A DNA stretch of 64,000 nt from a bacterium. GTDB lineage: Bacteria; UBA8248. Under the pieces are notes generated by a model that saw nothing but the letters and a program-made list of their open reading frames with translations, ran no database searches and was not told where the DNA came from. The stretch lies in contig OZ244799.1 of NCBI GenBank assembly GCA_965219955.1, forward strand, positions 1,664,001 to 1,728,000. The letters run 5' to 3'. The translations under genes were made by a program, and so were the position numbers. Shown here piece after piece: positions 30,788 through 46,711 of this stretch (within the stretch, counting starts at the first letter, position 1; the number at the start of each line of letters is the position of its first letter).

Positions 30788-32329
30788 CTAGGGGAGGCCG
30801 CCCCGCGCCACGTCCAGCGCGCGCAGCGACCCCCGGGCCTTGTTGATGGTTTCCTCGTACTCGAAATCGGGCTTCGAGTCCGCCACGACGCCCGCTCCCA
30901 CCTGGAGGTAGAGCTTGCCGCCGCGCGCGTAGAGCGTGCGGATGGCGATACAGGTATCCATGCTGCCGCCGAAGCCGAAATAGCCCACCGCGCCCGAGTA
31001 GGGGCCCCGGCGCACCGGCTCCTTCTCGTCGATGATCTCCATCGCGCGCACCTTGGGCGCGCCCGAGACGGTGCCCGCCGGAAAAGACGCCCTGAGCACG
31101 TCGAACGCGTCCTTGCCCTCGCCCAGCGTTCCGACCACGTTGCTCACGATGTGCATGACGTGGGAGTAGCGCTCGATCACCATCTGCTCGGTGACGCGCA
31201 CCGTGCCGCGCTCGCAGACGCGGCCGATGTCGTTGCGGCCCAGATCGACGAGCATGATGTGCTCGGCGCGCTCCTTCTCGTCGGCGAGGAGTTCTTCCGC
31301 CAGCGCCCGATCCTCCGCCTCGTCCACCCCGCGCCTCCGCGTGCCGGCGATGGGGCGCACTTCGACCCGCTCCCCCTCCAGCCGCACGAGCACCTCGGGC
31401 GAGGCGCCCACGAGGGTCACGTCGCCGAGCTCCAGATAGAACATGTAGGGAGAGGGATTCACGGTCCGCAGCGCCCGGTAGATGGCGAACGGGTGCACGT
31501 CCAGGGCGCTCTCCATGCGCTGGGAGAGCACGACCTGGATCGCCTCGCCCGCGTGGATGAGCTCCACCGTATCGGCGACGACCTTCTCGAACCCTTCACG
31601 GGTGAAAGACGAGTAGAGGCCCGGCATGTTCTCGACGGGATGCCCGCTCGCTTCACCTTGAGGCGCTTCCTCCGGCTCGTAAGGCGGAGCGACGGAAGGG
31701 CCTCTCAGCTTTTCGATGAGCGCATCGACGCGCGCGCACGCATCCTCGTAGGCGGCCTCTTCGCCGTCGTCGCGAATGTGCGCATGGGCGAGCACGTACA
31801 TCTTCTGCGCCGTGTTGTCGAAGATGACCAGGGACTTCGTGATCATGAAGAGCAGTTCGGGCAGATCGAGATCGTCATGCGCATTCTCGGGCAGGCGCTC
31901 GATGAAGCGTACCGCGTCGTAGCCCATGCAGCCGATCGCGCCCCCCCAGAACCTCGGCAGGCCGGGAAGGTCGACGGGGATGTAGGGCTGCATCAGCTGT
32001 CTGAGGGCGTCGATGGGGTCATTCACGTCGAACTCTTCGCTATCGCCCTCCTGCGTGATGCGAACCCGCTTCCCTTTGCTCTCGAAGATGAGGTAGGGCT
32101 CGCTTCCCAAAAAGGTGTACCTCGCCCACTTCTCCCCGCCCTCGACGCTTTCGAGCAGAAACGAATAGGAGCCGTCCGCGATTTTCAGGTAGGCGGACAC
32201 CGGCGTATCGAGATCGGCGAGAATCTCGCGGTAGACCGGAATGATGTTTCCCCGCTCGCAGAGGCGGAGAAAAGTCTCCTTGTCCGGCAGATGATGTTCC
32301 GGGTTCGTTTTCATTTTCATACGAGGCAT
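30788..32329 (-). CDS. trpE: Anthranilate synthase component I
   Basis: LLES, NPSPYM, PIAGT, EHIMLVDLGRND and PAGTVSGAPK. Confidence 0.97.
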   Translation of the reverse strand: MPRMKMKTNPEHHLPDKETFLRLCERGNIIPVYREILADLDTPVSAYLKIADGSYSFLLESVEGGEKWARYTFLGSEPYLIFESKGKRVRITQEGDSEEFDVNDPIDALRQLMQPYIPVDLPGLPRFWGGAIGCMGYDAVRFIERLPENAHDDLDLPELLFMITKSLVIFDNTAQKMYVLAHAHIRDDGEEAAYEDACARVDALIEKLRGPSVAPPYEPEEAPQGEASGHPVENMPGLYSSFTREGFEKVVADTVELIHAGEAIQVVLSQRMESALDVHPFAIYRALRTVNPSPYMFYLELGDVTLVGASPEVLVRLEGERVEVRPIAGTRRRGVDEAEDRALAEELLADEKERAEHIMLVDLGRNDIGRVCERGTVRVTEQMVIERYSHVMHIVSNVVGTLGEGKDAFDVLRASFPAGTVSGAPKVRAMEIIDEKEPVRRGPYSGAVGYFGFGGSMDTCIAIRTLYARGGKLYLQVGAGVVADSKPDFEYEETINKARGSLRALDVARGGLP

Positions 32330-32360
32330 CGTCTTGCGAGCGATGCCTATCCTCCATCAT

Positions 32361-32397
32361 AAAAAAAGCCACGGGACCGAACGGGCCGCCATGGCTT
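32361..32397 (-). terminator. trp attenuator terminator hairpin
   Basis: Minus strand AAGCCATGG-CGGCCCGTTCGGTC-CCGTGGCTT followed by a T-run, about 30 nt before trpE. Confidence 0.85.
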
Positions 32398-32431
32398 GGG
32401 GATTCACTTTCAAAAATTCAGACAACAACCC

Positions 32432-32503
32432 TTACGGCGCACCTCCAGATTTGGCGGAGCATCGCCAGGGCCAAGCCTCCATATATGTTTCCCGCGTTCC
32501 CAT
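32432..32503 (-). CDS. trpL: trp operon leader peptide MGTRETYMEAWPWRCSAKSGGAP
   Basis: GAGGA RBS; two Trp codons (W-P-W); alternative hairpins lead into the terminator; absent from the supplied ORF track. Confidence 0.78.
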   Translation of the reverse strand: MGTRETYMEAWPWRCSAKSGGAP

Positions 32504-32570
32504 CCGTTGCCATCCTCATACTTGAGATTACCGCTGCTCCGAGGAAGATACCCAAATTTGGGAGAAATGG

Positions 32571-33371
32571 TCAAGCGTCGGTTTCTTCGGGCCCCGGCGC
32601 GGCCGCAGGCGGCAGCTTTTCGCCATAGTCCACGCTGAGCAGCGCCAGCCCCTGAGGCGGGGCGTTGACGCCCGCAAGGGTCCTGTTTTTTCCCGCGAGC
32701 ACCTCCCGCACGGAATCGGCCTCGCGCTCCCCGCGGCCCACCTCCACCAGGACGCCGGCCAGGTTCCTCACCATGTGGCGCAAGAATCCTTCCGCCGTCG
32801 CCTCGATGACCACTTCATCGCCCGCCCGCTCCACGCCCAGGCGCTCCAGGCGGCGCACGGTGTCCTCGGGCCTCCCCTTCTCCCGGCAGAAGCTGGCGAA
32901 ATCATGCTCTCCCTCCAGTATCGCGGCCGCCCGGCGCATCGCCTCGACGTCGAGGCGCTTTCTTACGTGCCAGGTGTATGGATGGCGGATGGCGCTCGGC
33001 GAGCTGCGGTTCAGGATGCGGTAGCGGTAGGTCTTGCGAACGGCGTCGAACTGGGCGTGAAAACCGCCCACGGCTTCCCGGCAGTCGAAAATCGAGACGT
33101 CACGGCCCATCATGGTGTTGAGACCGATTCGCACCTTGTAGGGCTCGATTCGAGAGCGCGTGTGAAAGTGCGCCACCTGCCCCCAGGCGTGGACGCCGGC
33201 GTCGGTGCGGCCCGAGCCGATGATCCGTATCGGCTCCCCGCACATCCTCAAAAGCGCGGCCTCGATTTCGCTCTGGACGGTTCTCTGGCCGGGCTGGGTC
33301 TGCCAGCCGTGAAAATTCGTGCCCTCGTATTCAATCCACAGGACGAGGCAGCGGGTGTTTTCGGTGCTCAT
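32571..33371 (-). CDS. truA: tRNA pseudouridine(38-40) synthase
   Basis: YEGTNFHGWQ, GSGRTDAGVHA and FLRHMVR. Confidence 0.97.
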   Translation of the reverse strand: MSTENTRCLVLWIEYEGTNFHGWQTQPGQRTVQSEIEAALLRMCGEPIRIIGSGRTDAGVHAWGQVAHFHTRSRIEPYKVRIGLNTMMGRDVSIFDCREAVGGFHAQFDAVRKTYRYRILNRSSPSAIRHPYTWHVRKRLDVEAMRRAAAILEGEHDFASFCREKGRPEDTVRRLERLGVERAGDEVVIEATAEGFLRHMVRNLAGVLVEVGRGEREADSVREVLAGKNRTLAGVNAPPQGLALLSVDYGEKLPPAAAPGPEETDA

Positions 33372-33374
33372 CGG

Positions 33375-36239
<2,865 letters not shown>

Positions 36240-36297
36240 GTGCTCTCCCGGCGCGCGCCGCCGCGCGGGGCCTGCCAAAGGCGAGGCGATGAGCGGG

Positions 36298-37071
36298 CTA
36301 GTAAAAGATGAGCCCGCCCGTCACGTTGATGTCCTGGGCGGTCATGTGAGCGGCCTCCTCGGAAGCCAGGAAAACGCACAAGGCGGCGTGATCCTCCGAG
36401 TCGACGAGCGTCTTGAGCGCCGCCGGCGCGGTGAAGGTCGCCTTCGCCTCCTCGAAGGTCGTGCCGAAGCTCTGCGCCATGTTCTCGATGACGCTGTCGA
36501 TCCTGGGGCCGGAAGTGGCTCCCGGGCACACCGCGTTCACCGTGACGCCGTATTCGCCGAGCTCGAACGCGAGGGTGCGCGTCAGGCCGATGACCGCCAT
36601 CTTGGACGCCGTATAGGGCGTGCGGTTCGGCAGCGGGCGCTTGCCGCTCATCGAACTGATATTGAGGATGCGCCCGTATCTGTTTTTCTTCAACGTGGGG
36701 ATGACGTGCTTCGTCATCAGGAACGTGCCCGTGACGTTCACGTCGAAGCACTGCTCCCAATCCTCGCGCGTCACGTCCTCGCACGCCTTCGTGGGGCCGG
36801 CGACGCCGGAGTTGTTCACGAGGATGTCGATGGTCCCGAACTCGGCGAGCGTCTTCTCGACGAGCGCCTTTATCGCCGTTTCGTCCGTCAAGTCCGTAGG
36901 GACGACGAGGGAGGCGCCGTCCGGCATCTCGGCGGCGGCGGCCTCCAGATTCGCGACCGAGCGCGCTGCGAGCACGACCTTCGCCCCCTCGCGCGCGAAC
37001 GTGAGCGCGATGACTTTTCCGATTCCCTGCCCCGCCCCGGTGACGATGGCGACTTTATCCTTCAAACGCAT
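36298..37071 (-). CDS. Short-chain dehydrogenase/reductase (SDR)
   Basis: [14 protein letters not shown] and YTASK catalytic motif. Confidence 0.93.
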   Translation of the reverse strand: MRLKDKVAIVTGAGQGIGKVIALTFAREGAKVVLAARSVANLEAAAAEMPDGASLVVPTDLTDETAIKALVEKTLAEFGTIDILVNNSGVAGPTKACEDVTREDWEQCFDVNVTGTFLMTKHVIPTLKKNRYGRILNISSMSGKRPLPNRTPYTASKMAVIGLTRTLAFELGEYGVTVNAVCPGATSGPRIDSVIENMAQSFGTTFEEAKATFTAPAALKTLVDSEDHAALCVFLASEEAAHMTAQDINVTGGLIFY

Positions 37072-37108
37072 TTTATGACATCTCCCGATGTTTCGAGTAT
37101 ATGTATTT

Positions 37109-37531
37109 CTATTCCGATGCGGGCAGTTCCACACCCGGGAACCAGTAGCCCAGTTCAAAGGCGGCGGTATCGGGCGCGTCGGAGCCGTGCGTGGAGTTGC
37201 GCTCGATGCTCTCGCCGAACTCCGCGCGAATCGTTCCCGGCTCGGCCTCCGCGGGGTTCGTGGCGCCCATCACGTCGCGCCAGTGCTTGATGGCGTCCTC
37301 GCGCTCGAGGGCCAGTACCACCGTGCGCCCCGAGGACATAAACGTCGTGAGGTCGCCGAAGAAGGGGCGTTCCCTGTGAACGGCGTAAAAACCCTCCGCC
37401 TGCGCTTTCGACATGTGGACGAGCCTCATGCCCAGAATCCCGAAACCCTCCTCCTCGATGCGCGAGAGAATCCTGCCGCTTAATCCGCGCGCGGTGGCGT
37501 CGGGTTTGATCATCGCGAACGTGCGTTCCAT
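37109..37531 (-). CDS. ndk: Nucleoside diphosphate kinase
   Basis: [17 protein letters not shown] and NSTHGSD. Confidence 0.98.
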   Translation of the reverse strand: MERTFAMIKPDATARGLSGRILSRIEEEGFGILGMRLVHMSKAQAEGFYAVHRERPFFGDLTTFMSSGRTVVLALEREDAIKHWRDVMGATNPAEAEPGTIRAEFGESIERNSTHGSDAPDTAAFELGYWFPGVELPASE

Positions 37532-37558
37532 GTGTCCTTTCCCTTTCCGTGAATGACG

Positions 37559-38455
37559 TTATGCCTTGCCCAGCGCTTTGGCCATAGTGAGGCCCATCTC
37601 GGCCGGGCTTTCGGTGACGTGAATCCCGCATTCGGACATGACCCGCATCTTCTCTGCCGCGGTGCCTTCCCCGCCCGAGATGATCGCGCCCGCGTGGCCC
37701 ATCCGCCGGCCCGGAGGCGCCGTCTGGCCCGCGATGAAACCCACGAGCGGCTTCGTGACGTTCTCCTTCGCCCAGCGCGCCGCGTCCTGCTCGGCGGTTC
37801 CGCCGATCTCGCCGATCATGATGATGGCCTCGGTCGCAGGATCCTCCTCGAACATGCGCAAGAGGTCGATATACATCGTGCCGATGATGGGGTCTCCGCC
37901 GATGCCCACGCAAGTGGTCTGGCCCAGGCCCTGCTCGGTGAGTTGGGCGACGACCTCGTAGGTGAGCGTGCCGCTCTTCGAGATGACGCCGATGGTGCCT
38001 TCCTTGTGGATGTGGCCCGGCATGATGCCCATCTTGCAGCCGCCCGGCGTGATGACGCCCGGACAGTTGGGGCCGATGAGCACCGCGCCGCTATCCTCGA
38101 TGTGCCGCTTCACGTACACCATGTCGCGCACCGGGATGCCCTCGGTGATGCACACCACGAGAGGGAGCCCGGCGTCCACGGATTCGACGACGGCGTCCGC
38201 CGCAAAGGGGGGCGGCACGAAGATGAGCGAGGCGTTCGCGCCCGTCTCGCGGGCCGCTTCGGCCACCGTGTTGAACACGGGCACCCCGTCCGCCTCCTGA
38301 CCGCCCTTGCCGGGCGTCACGCCGGCCACCACCGCGCCGCCGCCGCCCGCGAACTCGCGGCTGTATTTTTGACACTGCCCGGCGTGAAAGCCTCCCTCGC
38401 GCCCGGTGATGCCCTGCACGAGGATGCGCGTCTCCTTGTCAACCAGAATACTCAA
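37559..38455 (-). CDS. sucD: Succinyl-CoA synthetase alpha subunit
   Basis: [20 protein letters not shown] and RMGHAGA. Confidence 0.98.
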   Translation of the reverse strand: MSILVDKETRILVQGITGREGGFHAGQCQKYSREFAGGGGAVVAGVTPGKGGQEADGVPVFNTVAEAARETGANASLIFVPPPFAADAVVESVDAGLPLVVCITEGIPVRDMVYVKRHIEDSGAVLIGPNCPGVITPGGCKMGIMPGHIHKEGTIGVISKSGTLTYEVVAQLTEQGLGQTTCVGIGGDPIIGTMYIDLLRMFEEDPATEAIIMIGEIGGTAEQDAARWAKENVTKPLVGFIAGQTAPPGRRMGHAGAIISGGEGTAAEKMRVMSECGIHVTESPAEMGLTMAKALGKA

Positions 38456-38466
38456 AACCAGACCCC

Positions 38467-39627
38467 CTAGCGGTTAAGGGCCGCTACCACCTTTTCGGCG
38501 GAATCGGCCATGCCATTGCCCACGGTGAAATCGAGACCCGAGCCCTCGAGAATCTCGCGGCCCTTCTCCACGTTCGTCCCCTCCATGCGGATGATGATGG
38601 GCACGTTCACGTTCACGGTCTTGACCGCCTCCACGACGCCCTCCGCCAGAATGTCACAGCGCAGGATGCCGCCGAAGATGTTGATGAAGACGGCCTGCAC
38701 GTCCGGATCGTCCATGAGGATGCGGAAGGCGTTCTCCACCATCTCCTTGCTCGCGCCGCCGCCCACGTCGAGGAAGTTCGCGGGCGCAGCGCCCGCGAGC
38801 TTGATGATGTCCATCGTCGCCATGGCGAGACCCGCGCCGTTCACCATGCAGGCCACCGAGCCGTCGAGCTTGATATAGTTGAGGTTGAATTTGGAGGCCT
38901 CGACCTCGAGCGGGTCCTCTTCGTCCTCATCGCGCATCGCGGCCACCTCCTCGTGGCGGTAGAGCGCGTTGTCGTCGAAGTTCACCTTGGCGTCGAGCGC
39001 GAGGATGCGGCCGTCTTTCGTCTGCACCAGGGGGTTGATCTCGACCAGCGAGGCGTCCATCTCGTCGTAGAACCGGTAGAGGTTCGTGACGAACTTCGTC
39101 CCCTCGCGGACGAGGTCGGCGGGCAAACCCAGCCCGTAGGCCACGCGGCGCGCGGTCGAGGGCCAGACGGAGAGCGCCGGGTCGACGGGCACCTTGAGGA
39201 GTTTTTCGGGCGTTTTCGCGGCCACCTCCTCGATGTCCATCCCGCCCTCGGTGCTCGCCATGACGGTGGGGCGGCCCGTGGCGCGGTCGAGCACGATACC
39301 GAGATACAACTCGCGCTCGATGTCGCTCGCCTCCTCCACCCAGACCTTCTTGACGAGGCGGCCTTCCGGCCCCGTCTGGTGCGTCACCAGCGTCATCCCC
39401 AGAATCTGCGAGGCCGCCCCTTTCGCCTCAGCAGGTGATCCGGCCAGCTTGACGCCGCCGCCCTTGCCTCGTCCCCCTGCGTGGATTTGCGCCTTGACGA
39501 CCACCGTCCCGCCCAGATCCTCGGCGATGCGCTCGGCCTCTTCCGCCGTCTCGGCGACTCCGCCCCTCGGGACGGCCACGCCGTACTTCGCGAGCAACTC
39601 CTTGCCCTGATACTCGTGGATGTTCAT
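38467..39627 (-). CDS. sucC: Succinyl-CoA synthetase beta subunit
   Basis: [23 protein letters not shown] and NFLDVGG. Confidence 0.98.
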   Translation of the reverse strand: MNIHEYQGKELLAKYGVAVPRGGVAETAEEAERIAEDLGGTVVVKAQIHAGGRGKGGGVKLAGSPAEAKGAASQILGMTLVTHQTGPEGRLVKKVWVEEASDIERELYLGIVLDRATGRPTVMASTEGGMDIEEVAAKTPEKLLKVPVDPALSVWPSTARRVAYGLGLPADLVREGTKFVTNLYRFYDEMDASLVEINPLVQTKDGRILALDAKVNFDDNALYRHEEVAAMRDEDEEDPLEVEASKFNLNYIKLDGSVACMVNGAGLAMATMDIIKLAGAAPANFLDVGGGASKEMVENAFRILMDDPDVQAVFINIFGGILRCDILAEGVVEAVKTVNVNVPIIIRMEGTNVEKGREILEGSGLDFTVGNGMADSAEKVVAALNR

Positions 39628-39703
39628 CCAACTCCTCCAGAATCAATGCGGTAAATACATTTCAACGCTGAACTTTCAAGCACAAAAGAAATCGTATATT
39701 TCT

Positions 39704-39814
39704 GTAGGGACAACCCTCCGTGGTTGTCCTTTGTCAGGTTGTCGGACAGGCACGGAGGCCTGTCCCTACAGTCGCCATTCAAAAGGTCTTGTAGGTCGGA
39801 CATGTATGTCCGAC
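39704..39814. repeat. GTAG-foot REP-like palindromes
   Basis: GTAGGGACAACC..GGTTGTCC, the inverted GGACAGGC..GCCTGTCCCTAC, and GTAGGTCGGACAT..ATGTCCGAC. Confidence 0.7.
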
Positions 39815-39888
39815 ATATATGCGACCCCTACACGACCAATCATACCCTCTCGCGCCAAGCTCTCGTCTTGCCCGGCCGCCATATTGAC

Positions 39889-40030
39889 CTCACCCTGAGT
39901 AGCCGCCGAAGGCGGCGTATCGAAGGGCGCCCCCCTTCGAAAAGCTCGGGGCAGGCTCCCTCGACAAGCTCAATATGCGCCCCGGTCCTCCCTCGATACG
40001 GCGCGCAAGCGCGCCTACTCGGGATGAGGG
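39889..40030. repeat. Palindromic repeat of the TCATCCTGAGTAGCCGCCGAAGGCGGCGTATCGAAGG family
   Basis: Near-identical to 28720-28850. Confidence 0.8.
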
Positions 40031-40106
40031 CAAGGAGCGTCGTCGCGCACCATCATTCCCTGAAAACCGCGCCATGAACACCAGGACCGAAACGCACGAG
40101 CGCCCC

Positions 40107-40652
40107 TTACTTTGCGAACGCCTTGTAACCTTCGGCGAAAATATCCTTCCCGCGGCTGTCCACCGCGACCACGACCGGGAATTTCTCGACCACGAGTCTT
40201 CGAATCGCCTCGGTCCCCAAATCCTCATAAGCGATGAGTTCGACCTCCTTGATCCGCTTCGCCAGCAGGGCGGCCGTTCCGCCGATGGCGGCGAAGTAGA
40301 CCGCCCGGTGTCTGGCGATAGCCTCCACGACCGCCGGGCTCCTGCCCCCCTTGCCTATCATCCCGGTGAGGCCGAGTTCCAGCATCCTGGGCGTATAGGC
40401 GTCCATGCGGCCGCTCGTCGTGGGCCCCGCCGAGCCGATGACGGCGCCCGGCTTGGGCGGCGTCGGCCCCACGTAGTAGAGCACCTGGCCCGCCACGTCG
40501 ATGGGCAGCGGCTCTCCGCGCGCCGCGTCCTCCAGCATCCGCTTGTGGGCCGCGTCGCGCGCCGTGTAGAGAACGCCGCTCAACTCGCACATATCCCCCA
40601 TCGAGAGGGATTCCACAACCCCAGGGCTCAGCGGTAGGTCTATCGACTGCAT
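40107..40652 (-). CDS. Class I (Fe-S) fumarate hydratase / tartrate dehydratase beta subunit
   Basis: TARDAAHKR, GPTTSGRMD, IGKG and EDLGTEAI. Confidence 0.93.
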   Translation of the reverse strand: MQSIDLPLSPGVVESLSMGDMCELSGVLYTARDAAHKRMLEDAARGEPLPIDVAGQVLYYVGPTPPKPGAVIGSAGPTTSGRMDAYTPRMLELGLTGMIGKGGRSPAVVEAIARHRAVYFAAIGGTAALLAKRIKEVELIAYEDLGTEAIRRLVVEKFPVVVAVDSRGKDIFAEGYKAFAK

Positions 40653-40653
40653 C

Positions 40654-41496
40654 CTAAAGGACCACCTCGGCGTGGCGGTGCGCGTGGCACTCCACGTTCA
40701 CGCAGATCGGAAGCGCTCCGATGTGGCAGGCGTAGGTTTCGACGTGCACGGCGATGCAGGTGGTGTCCCCGCCCATGCCCATCGGCCCCACGCCGGTCTT
40801 GTTCACCGCTTCCAGTATATCCCCTTCGAGTTCGGCCACGAGCGGGTCGGGGTTGGGCGCGCCCAGTTCGCGGAAAAGCGCCCATTTCGCCTGGAGCGCC
40901 GCCTTTTCGATCGAACCGCCCAGGCCGACCCCCAACAGAACCGGCGGGCATGGATTCCCCCCGGAATTGAAAACGTGATCGACGATGGTGCGGATGACGC
41001 CCTCTCTGCCGTCCGAGGGTTTGAGCATGCGCGCCATGCTCATGTTCTCCGCCCCGGTTCCCTTCGCGGCGAAATAGAGTTTCAGGCGGTCGCCCTCGAC
41101 GACGCGGTAGTGGATGACGGCGGGCGTGTTGTCCTTTGTGTTCACGCGCCGGAGCGGGTCGTTGACCACAGAACCGCGCAGATAGCCGTCGCGATAGCCC
41201 CGGCGAATCCCTTCGTTGATGGCGTCCTCCAGCAACCCGCCCTCGATGCGGACGTCCTGACCTATTTCTGCGAACACGATGGAAACGCCCGTGTCCTGGC
41301 AATAGGGGACGCGCTCTGCGGATGCGAGGGCCGCATTCTCGGTGATCTGGTCGAGCACCATGAGACCGAGAGACGAGGTTTCACCGGCCTTCGCCTCTTC
41401 GACCTTGCGCACGTAGGCGGGGTCGACGTGGTAGTTCGACTCGATGGACATCTCGCGAATCCTGGACGTCACCTCGCTTGCGTCTATCGTTCGCAT
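40654..41496 (-). CDS. Class I (Fe-S) fumarate hydratase alpha subunit
   Basis: CQDTG, KGTGAEN, NPCPP and ECHAHR; lies in a TCA cluster. Confidence 0.93.
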   Translation of the reverse strand: MRTIDASEVTSRIREMSIESNYHVDPAYVRKVEEAKAGETSSLGLMVLDQITENAALASAERVPYCQDTGVSIVFAEIGQDVRIEGGLLEDAINEGIRRGYRDGYLRGSVVNDPLRRVNTKDNTPAVIHYRVVEGDRLKLYFAAKGTGAENMSMARMLKPSDGREGVIRTIVDHVFNSGGNPCPPVLLGVGLGGSIEKAALQAKWALFRELGAPNPDPLVAELEGDILEAVNKTGVGPMGMGGDTTCIAVHVETYACHIGALPICVNVECHAHRHAEVVL

Positions 41497-41536
41497 GGCC
41501 CGCCTGTCCGTTGCCGGTCGTCTATGAACGACGCGT

Positions 41537-43740
<2,204 letters not shown>

Positions 43741-44191
43741 TCACTGCTCCCTTTAAGTTTCGTCATGCGAGAAAAAACGTCGCCTGAAATACGAGTAAAA
43801 CGGAATGCCGGTTCTCTTGTTATATAAAATCCGCCGAACGCCCCCGAAAGAATTTCCGGGACAATATGTTCATCACACCCTCAAACGAACTTTACCGACC
43901 TCTCCTTATCACGTCCCCCGCTCTGACGCCAGCCGGGGGGAGAAGAATTTTTCATCTCCCGGAGGCCCCGGAATCCGGCTGGAATATCGAGAGCGATTTT
44001 GATAGGGTGCGGGTGATTTTCAGGCGCTGAAAAGCCGGTCGGAAAAGGTGAAAAATTCGATAAAATCAGATAAATTCACGGTGTTTTTCGATAAATTTCG
44101 GAAGGATGACTGAGGCGCGCTGCACCAGGAACACTCTCATAAAACTCGTTCAGAGTCAAGCAGTTATCCTCCCCCCGAGGCGCGGTATCCC

Positions 44192-45025
44192 ATGGCGCAT
44201 CGCAGAAGACCAAAACTCGGCCAACACTTCCTGCACGAGAAGAGGTATCTCTCTCAAATCGTTGATTTGGCGGATATTACGCCGGATGAAGACGTGCTCG
44301 AAATCGGCGCCGGCGAAGGGGCCCTCACGCGGTGCCTCCTCGCCGCCGGCGCCATCGTCCACGGCATCGAGATAGACGACGCACTCATCCCCGCGCTCAA
44401 AAAGATGGAGGATGAACACGCTCGATTTCACCTGATCCACGGCGACGCGTTAGAAATCGACTACACCGCTCTCCCCGAGAAGATGAAATTGGTGGCGAAT
44501 CTGCCCTATCAGGTCGCTTCGGCGATAATCTCGCAACTCACTGAAAAGATTGAGCGATTCCCTCTCATGGTATTGATGGTGCAGCGTGAAGTGGGCGAGA
44601 GGCTTTGTGCTGAACCGGGTGGCAAGGATTATGGCTCACTCACTCTTTGGGTAGGGTATCGATATCAGACGAAACTCTGCCAGGTGGTGCCTCCAGGCGC
44701 TTTTCGGCCACCACCGAAGGTCGACTCCGCGATTATGTGTCTAGAGGCGAGGAAGAAGCCTCAAGTGGAGGTGGGGGATGAGAATCTCTATTTCCGCATC
44801 ATCCAGGCGGGTTTCGCGCACCGCAGAAAGACTCTGTTTAATAATCTCAAATCATTGAATCTAAATGAATTAAAAAACATGCAAGAACCCTTCTCAAACC
44901 CGGAGACTTGGCGGAACCTTCTCGAAAGAACAGGCATCGACCCCAGTCGGCGAGCCGAGACCCTGGACGCTCAAGAATTCGCGACAATTGCCCGAGCCGT
45001 GGAATCACTTACAAGGAACAAGTAG
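44192..45025 (+). CDS. rsmA: 16S rRNA dimethyladenosine transferase KsgA
   Basis: LGQHFL, EIGAGEG, NLPYQ, FRPPPKVDS and RRKTL. Confidence 0.97.
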   Translation: MAHRRRPKLGQHFLHEKRYLSQIVDLADITPDEDVLEIGAGEGALTRCLLAAGAIVHGIEIDDALIPALKKMEDEHARFHLIHGDALEIDYTALPEKMKLVANLPYQVASAIISQLTEKIERFPLMVLMVQREVGERLCAEPGGKDYGSLTLWVGYRYQTKLCQVVPPGAFRPPPKVDSAIMCLEARKKPQVEVGDENLYFRIIQAGFAHRRKTLFNNLKSLNLNELKNMQEPFSNPETWRNLLERTGIDPSRRAETLDAQEFATIARAVESLTRNK

Positions 45026-45028
45026 GCT

Positions 45029-45919
45029 TTGGCTATCAGAATTTTGATTTACCGAATGGGAGCATTCGGGGACACACTACTATTGGCTTTATTATTCAAA
45101 CAGTTAGGTAATCACTACGGAGATGCTCATATCACTCTGGCTGCAAACCCCAATTATGCAGCCCCGCTACTTGACTCGGGGTTGATTCACGAAATTCTTG
45201 ATGGGGGCTCATCCCCCTTCCACCTCCTGTATAATGCTCGACCACAAGAAAACGACGCTCTGTGTCGACTTATCAAACGCTATGATATGTGTATGTTCTA
45301 CACTTCGGACATGTCGGGAGAACTCGCCAAACGCTTGAGTTCAAACGGGTTGGAGCACTGCCGGGTACATCCACCATTTCCTCCCCCCTCGGAAGAAATT
45401 CATATCTGTGAGTGGATGATGCGTCCATGGCCATTTTGGGACGCTTCCAAAGGCGAGAAAATCACACTCATTCCTTCACAGAATCATTTAATTTTAGCTG
45501 ATAAAGTATTGAATGAATTTGGAATAGATGATGATTTCTTTCTCATCCATCCAGGCGGCGGGGGAAAGAACAAATGGATTCCCCTTCCGATTCTCGACAC
45601 AATGGTGCGAAAGCAAGCTGATGAAACAGGTCAGCTACCTGTCGTTATAGAAGGGCCAGCGGATTCAGTTGTTTGCGAGGAATTTCAAAGGCTGTTTGAT
45701 GATTCCATTCCGGTACTCAAGGATACTACACCCAAAGTTCTAAGCGCTCTTCTTTCAAAGTCTTCCGGATATTTTGGAGGGGATTCCGGCGTTTCCCACC
45801 TCGCATCTCTTTATGCGCCGCGTGCCACGATATTATATGGCCCAGATTCCAACATGCGGATTTGGCGTCCAATAGGCTCTGGCACACTCTGTATTCCATG
45901 GGAAACAATGAAGAGTTGA
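45029..45919 (+). CDS. Glycosyltransferase family 9 (heptosyltransferase-like)
   Basis: GAFGDTLL, IHPGGG..KW, GGDSGVSHLA and LYGP. Confidence 0.85.
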   Translation: MAIRILIYRMGAFGDTLLLALLFKQLGNHYGDAHITLAANPNYAAPLLDSGLIHEILDGGSSPFHLLYNARPQENDALCRLIKRYDMCMFYTSDMSGELAKRLSSNGLEHCRVHPPFPPPSEEIHICEWMMRPWPFWDASKGEKITLIPSQNHLILADKVLNEFGIDDDFFLIHPGGGGKNKWIPLPILDTMVRKQADETGQLPVVIEGPADSVVCEEFQRLFDDSIPVLKDTTPKVLSALLSKSSGYFGGDSGVSHLASLYAPRATILYGPDSNMRIWRPIGSGTLCIPWETMKS

Positions 45920-45980
45920 TCTTGCTTTTTTCTTGCAATTATTTTGGGCAGGAGAAGCGCAACTTCAACAATAACAAAAA

Positions 45981-46709
45981 TCAATCAATAAGGTTCGCCA
46001 GCCTGCCCCAGCGCGGTGAACCCGAATCCCCGTTCCATGACCAGTAAATCATGAAAGCGGAACCACGGATCTTATCGTCCCAACACGGCGCTGACCATAA
46101 CGAACAAGGAAAAGGCAACCCAAATGCATAGCCCGCAAAACGGATAGGTATATGATTCTCGCGCTCACCCATTTTCAAAAAACCCCAAAAACGGCTGTCT
46201 TGACTATTGTTTCGATTATCCCCCAGCATGAATAAGTGCCCAGGCGGAACTTTTTGCGGCCCCCATTTGCTCTCAAAACCTACAGCGGTACCATTGGGCT
46301 TAAAACGCACATATTTTTCATCCAGCGGCACACATTGTTCCGGTGTGTTCGGGGTGGCACAGTTGATAAACACTTTTTCCCCACGAACCATCACCTCCTC
46401 ACCCGATAACGCAATGACGCGCTTGATAAAATCCCGTCGTTCATCCTTAGGAAACCTGAACACGATAATGTCTCCGCGTTTAGGTTCGCGGAACCAAAAA
46501 ATAAATTTATTGACAAGTATATGGTCTCCGACGAGAAGAGTATTTTCCATCGAACCCGAGGGAATCTTGAATGCTTGCACTACAAAGGTGCGCACAAACA
46601 TAGCCAGTAACAAAGCTATGACTATTGCTTCAGCATATTCGCGAAAAGTTGATTTGGATTTACGTTTACGTTTCGCGCTTTTGCCTGTTGCTAAATCGGC
46701 ATCCGACAC
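45981..46709 (-). CDS. lepB: Signal peptidase I
   Basis: IPSGSMENTL, FIKRV and GDNRNNSQDSRFWG; follows lepA. Confidence 0.96.
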   Translation of the reverse strand: MSDADLATGKSAKRKRKSKSTFREYAEAIVIALLLAMFVRTFVVQAFKIPSGSMENTLLVGDHILVNKFIFWFREPKRGDIIVFRFPKDERRDFIKRVIALSGEEVMVRGEKVFINCATPNTPEQCVPLDEKYVRFKPNGTAVGFESKWGPQKVPPGHLFMLGDNRNNSQDSRFWGFLKMGERENHIPIRFAGYAFGLPFPCSLWSAPCWDDKIRGSAFMIYWSWNGDSGSPRWGRLANLID

Positions 46710-46711
46710 GT

